Below, in pieces: positions 26,001-29,350 of a stretch of DNA of 29,350 bases. The notes beneath the pieces are model-generated. The model was not told the origin of the DNA. It saw only the letters and a program-made list of their open reading frames with translations, and did no database searches. Positions within the stretch are counted from its first letter, which is position 1; each line of letters begins with the position of its first letter. Source of the DNA: a virus. Taxonomy: Duplodnaviria; Caudoviricetes. The stretch lies in the IMG/VR virus record IMGVR_UViG_3300020042_006920, positions 1-29,350 of that record. One strand, written 5' to 3'. The position numbers were made by a program, and so were the translations under genes.

Positions 26001-26276
26001 ATGATTAAGGATAGTTTTGGAAAAGAGTGGTATTCAGGCGAGCAAGACCCGTTACATCAATTTATAAAAATGAATAGATTAGAACTCACAATTGAGTATA
26101 TCACAGAAAAGGGTAAATTGTTTTATATTTGTAAGGTTAGAAGCAGACCTTTCAGTCGTTCAAAAAGACAAGTAATTTTAGATATAAAGGATGTAAAACC
26201 CATGAGTGATAGTGAGATACTAATGATACTTAAAAACATCGTTAGAAGCGATAAAATTGATAAATTATTAGAATGA
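26001..26276 (+). CDS. Hypothetical protein
   Basis: 91 aa; first of three overlapping plus-strand ORFs; ends VRSDKIDKLLE. Confidence 0.6.
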   Translation: MIKDSFGKEWYSGEQDPLHQFIKMNRLELTIEYITEKGKLFYICKVRSRPFSRSKRQVILDIKDVKPMSDSEILMILKNIVRSDKIDKLLE

Positions 26277-26500
26277 AAGAAAAAGAAGAAATAAATTATT
26301 TTAAAGAATACTATAAAGAAAACAAATTCCGTTTTAAAGAATTACATAGTGTGTGGATTAAAAAGAATAAGTTAAAATGGAATAAGTATCAAGCTTGGCA
26401 TAGTAGAGTTCGTTATTGGGAAAAGAAATTGATTTCTGACCCAACGAATGAGAACTTTATATCTAAACTTAATAAGACCTATGATGAACGTCCAAATTAA
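26273..26500 (+). CDS. Hypothetical basic protein
   Basis: 75 aa, ATGA overlap with the previous ORF; YFKEYYKENK-type basic helix. Confidence 0.55.
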   Translation: MKEKEEINYFKEYYKENKFRFKELHSVWIKKNKLKWNKYQAWHSRVRYWEKKLISDPTNENFISKLNKTYDERPN

Positions 26501-26921
26501 AAATTGTGATTGGTGTGATGCAGAGTTTTTAAGAACAAGATTTGATAAAAAAACTTGTAGTAAAAAGTGTTCTGCTGCTCTTTCTTATTCAAAACATTCA
26601 AAAAGTTATAAATCAAATAAACAAAAAAAAGAGATTAAAGCTGTTGAGGTTAAAATCAAATTTTATAAAGACCAAGCAATTTATGATGAGGTTAATCAGT
26701 TTATATTTCAAATGAAATCACAACACTTTATAGCCGATGCTATTGATGTATTTAGATTAGTAGATTTATTTGATAAAGTTTTTCCTACTACACAAAAAGT
26801 TCCAAATTGTAATAACATAGACAAATCAGTTAATATAATGTTTTTTAGAATAGTAAATTGGTGGAGAATAACAAATAGTAAAAAACCTTTACCAACTCCA
26901 AATTTTAGTAGTATAAAATAA
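26481..26921 (+). CDS. Zinc-finger protein
   Basis: CDWC..EF...KTCSKKC; start at 26481 or 26484 is more plausible than 26448. Confidence 0.6.
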   Translation: MMNVQIKNCDWCDAEFLRTRFDKKTCSKKCSAALSYSKHSKSYKSNKQKKEIKAVEVKIKFYKDQAIYDEVNQFIFQMKSQHFIADAIDVFRLVDLFDKVFPTTQKVPNCNNIDKSVNIMFFRIVNWWRITNSKKPLPTPNFSSIK

Positions 26922-26922
26922 A

Positions 26923-27174
26923 TTACTTTTGAAAACTTTTTCTAAGCTCTTTAATCTCATTAGTTAAATCTTTCATAGCGGCGTATAAAAGGTCAAATCT
27001 ATCATTTAAGTTAGCAACTTTATTAAGGTAATCGTTTTCTATAACACTCAACTTATTTTTATTCTCATAAGTTATAGTTTTAACCTTCTCTAACTCATCC
27101 AGGGTCTTTTTAAGAAAGTATCCTATGATGGATATACTAACCCCTCCTAAAACAAAAAGTAATTGCTCTATCAT
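26923..27174 (-). CDS. Small membrane-anchored coiled-coil protein (holin/XhlA-like?)
   Basis: 83 aa; one N-terminal hydrophobic helix ending GYFLKK, then a coiled coil. Confidence 0.45.
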   Translation of the reverse strand: MIEQLLFVLGGVSISIIGYFLKKTLDELEKVKTITYENKNKLSVIENDYLNKVANLNDRFDLLYAAMKDLTNEIKELRKSFQK

Positions 27175-27737
27175 GTTAAATCAGTAAATTTATCTCCTAA
27201 ACCCCAGTCGCAATCTTTTGACCTACCACCACCTAAATAAACTCCGTTAAAGTAAGCGGATGAGTTCGGTATAATTTTATCTAAACCAGAGTTGGTATTA
27301 TATTCTGGATAAAGGTCAGAGTATTCTTTTAAGTAATTAATTACTCTTGTTCCATAAAACTCAGCAGTGTCTCTTACAGTTTGTCTTAAATACTTTAAGT
27401 CAGCTAAATCCGCTTCTGCTAAGTAATCAGCATTACCTCTACCAATTGACTTATTAGTTAATTTTAAAGATATAAAAGGTAAGACCTCATAAAAACTCCA
27501 CTCAACTAAACAATTACCAATATAATCATCCATAAGAGTTTTATAAACCCCAGTAAGAGTGTTAGTAACAATTCTATTCTTTAAAGCGTTATACAAGTCA
27601 GTTCCTAAATACTGATGTATATGAGTTTCTTGTGCTCTAAAAATATAGTTGTTTAACAAATCGTCATCAACATTTTGCTGGATTGGAGTTTGTTTTTTTA
27701 AACGTGCTGTGCCGATGAAAAGGACTCTACTACTCAT
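27171..27737 (-). CDS. Head-tail adaptor/connector protein
   Basis: 188 aa directly after the portal gene; NVDDDLL...AQ..HI..YLGTDLY, AEFY..R..YL, YPEY motifs. Confidence 0.7.
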   Translation of the reverse strand: MSSRVLFIGTARLKKQTPIQQNVDDDLLNNYIFRAQETHIHQYLGTDLYNALKNRIVTNTLTGVYKTLMDDYIGNCLVEWSFYEVLPFISLKLTNKSIGRGNADYLAEADLADLKYLRQTVRDTAEFYGTRVINYLKEYSDLYPEYNTNSGLDKIIPNSSAYFNGVYLGGGRSKDCDWGLGDKFTDLT

Positions 27738-28924
27738 TTCAATACATTTTCTTTTATTATAGAAGCGGTCTTACCAACCTCTTTTACATATGGTGGAACA
27801 CCTGGTAATTCAAGACCTAATTGTTGTGTCGGTGCTTCAACAGTCGCAAAATCAATTTCATACTTATTAAATTCAATTGGTTCTGAAACACCAGCATAGA
27901 AACTTAATTTATTTAATTGCTTTTGTAAAATCCTTTGTCTGTTATTAATATACGTTGATTGAAAGATAGCTAAGTTTTGTAATAACTGGTCTTTACCGCC
28001 CAACTCACCAGCAACTCTAACACCAAATAACTGTGGGTCTGTAACTGAATGACCGATAAAAACTTCCTCCATCATTTCTTTATGTAATAATAAAAATCTT
28101 TCATCACTATCATTTAAATTAATTGGTATAAGTTCTGGTTTTTGGTCTGCTCCTTCTGAAAAAGTAAGTATAAACTTACCAGCGTTTTCCGAACCAGTAT
28201 ATTTTCTTTCAAACTCTTTGTAAGCAGATTCCATTTCCTCCATAGTTGGAATACCAGTTGCGAAATTTAAGATAAATCCAGGCATAAAACCATTTCTTAC
28301 TGATGATAAGTGGAAATTACCAACCTCATAATCTAACTCAATCCACGTTAAAGTAGATGAATAATAAGGTAAAGGATAATACTCAACACCATTTGTTTCT
28401 AAAACAAAATAAAATATCTGTGTTGGAAATTCTTTTGCTTTTAAAGGGTCAAACCTACAATACTCAACTGGTTTATTTTCAGTTCTTCTAAAATTCTCCC
28501 AGTCCTTACTTACAAGAATAGTTCTCTCATCAGGTGATAATCTACATTTATGATAAGGCATCCAGTCAAGAGCAGCAATTCTTGTTCCGTCTAAATTCCA
28601 TTTTACAAGTAAAGCAAAACCATTCATAATTTCAAAATCAAAGTCAATATGGATTAAGATTTCCTCTAAATCTTTTGTTCCCCAAGCGTTTTTAATAAAC
28701 TTTTGTAGTTCTGGTGTTGTTGGAGTTTTAATTCCATTACCAACAGTCATATCAACTTTTCTGTTAATAATTGCTTTATGCTTGTTGCTTCTGTGATGGA
28801 AAACATCTAATAGATATTGAGGATATAAATTATCACTACCATAATCTATCCAATTACCATTTCTATTTTCTTTAAAAGTTGGCAAAACCTGTCCTTTTGC
28901 GAAATTGAGTATCTTAAATTGCAT
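27734..28924 (-). CDS. Portal protein
   Basis: 396 aa; W..YG.DNLYPQYL, H.AIIN.K, YYPLPYY, NGF.P, TGSENAGKFILTF, H.VT.P.LFGV motifs. Confidence 0.85.
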   Translation of the reverse strand: MQFKILNFAKGQVLPTFKENRNGNWIDYGSDNLYPQYLLDVFHHRSNKHKAIINRKVDMTVGNGIKTPTTPELQKFIKNAWGTKDLEEILIHIDFDFEIMNGFALLVKWNLDGTRIAALDWMPYHKCRLSPDERTILVSKDWENFRRTENKPVEYCRFDPLKAKEFPTQIFYFVLETNGVEYYPLPYYSSTLTWIELDYEVGNFHLSSVRNGFMPGFILNFATGIPTMEEMESAYKEFERKYTGSENAGKFILTFSEGADQKPELIPINLNDSDERFLLLHKEMMEEVFIGHSVTDPQLFGVRVAGELGGKDQLLQNLAIFQSTYINNRQRILQKQLNKLSFYAGVSEPIEFNKYEIDFATVEAPTQQLGLELPGVPPYVKEVGKTASIIKENVLK

Positions 28925-28942
28925 TTATCTCTGTCTTTTTTT

Positions 28943-28969
28943 TAAATATACTTTTAGACCCTTTTGTCT
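28943..28969 (-). promoter_or_regulatory. Putative late promoter AGACAA-N13-TATATTTA (copy 5)
   Basis: AGACAA AAGGGTCTAAAAG TATATTTA upstream of the portal ATG. Confidence 0.75.
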
Positions 28970-28970
28970 T

Positions 28971-29264
28971 TTATGGTAGTTCATCTGTCTCATCAGGTGG
29001 TGCTGGTGGTGTTGGTGTTATATCAACATATTCATAAGTTCCATCTTCTAAAACATAAAACTTATAAATTCTATCTGGGTCTGGTTGAGTTGTGTCCGTA
29101 TAAATTATATAAAGGTCTCTATCAACAGTTCCAATAAAAAAGTATCCAAATTCTTGTTCTGGAAACATATTTACTTTAATAAGGTTTTTTTCATCACCAA
29201 CATCAACTCTTGTTATTTCTGGTGCTGAGCCTTGAACGAAATGTTCTGTATCTACTACTATCAT
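28971..29264 (-). CDS. Hypothetical acidic protein with a Pro-rich tail (possible fibre assembly factor)
   Basis: 97 aa with an A-rich leader; ends TPTPPAPPDETDELP. Confidence 0.5.
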   Translation of the reverse strand: MIVVDTEHFVQGSAPEITRVDVGDEKNLIKVNMFPEQEFGYFFIGTVDRDLYIIYTDTTQPDPDRIYKFYVLEDGTYEYVDITPTPPAPPDETDELP

Positions 29265-29280
29265 TATTTTATTTTTATTT

Positions 29281-29350
29281 TTATGTTATTCCTGCTCCTT
29301 GTTTATATCCAGTTGTTCTAACACCAGGTCCAAAAACAACAGCATGTATC
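29281..29350 (-). CDS. C-terminal fragment of a CDS entering from the window end
   Basis: Reads ...IHAVVFGPGVRTTGYKQGAGIT* with the stop at 29283-29281. Confidence 0.5.
   Translation of the reverse strand, partial: IHAVVFGPGVRTTGYKQGAGIT

Noticed and set aside
1-29350. Alternative genetic code, tRNA or rRNA genes
   Set aside because: Core genes are full length under the standard code with dense packing; no cloverleaf or rRNA-like segment seen in the short intergenic regions.

Overview
AT-rich tailed-phage (Caudoviricetes, siphovirus-like) sequence, probably most of a ~30 kb circularly permuted genome. The host is likely Bacteroidota: there is a TTTG-N19-TATATTTG promoter and A-rich, largely SD-less start regions. 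Almost all genes are on the minus strand: portal, head-tail adaptor, a small early/regulatory module, a minimal PolA/T7-RNAP-like palm protein, a beta-class DNA methyltransferase, a GIY-YIG nuclease, terminase, a sigma-like factor, tail genes, tape measure, XkdF-like protease, scaffold, capsid, tail tube, two Gly-Ser-Ser fibre proteins and a BNR-repeat protein. The standout observation is an intact HNH endonuclease gene nested inside the methyltransferase gene in another frame of the same strand. It has its own copy of the methyltransferase's promoter-like motif, and its synonymous codon choice keeps the host frame stop-free, suggesting a homing element that needs neither intron nor intein splicing. 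Other highlights are an unannotated -1 frameshift tail chaperone, three or four promoter classes, a candidate antisense sRNA, a duplicated fibre C-terminal module, enrichment of T-x-S motifs in virion proteins, and no recognisable lysin, helicase or integrase. All calls are from motif reading by eye; no searches were run.
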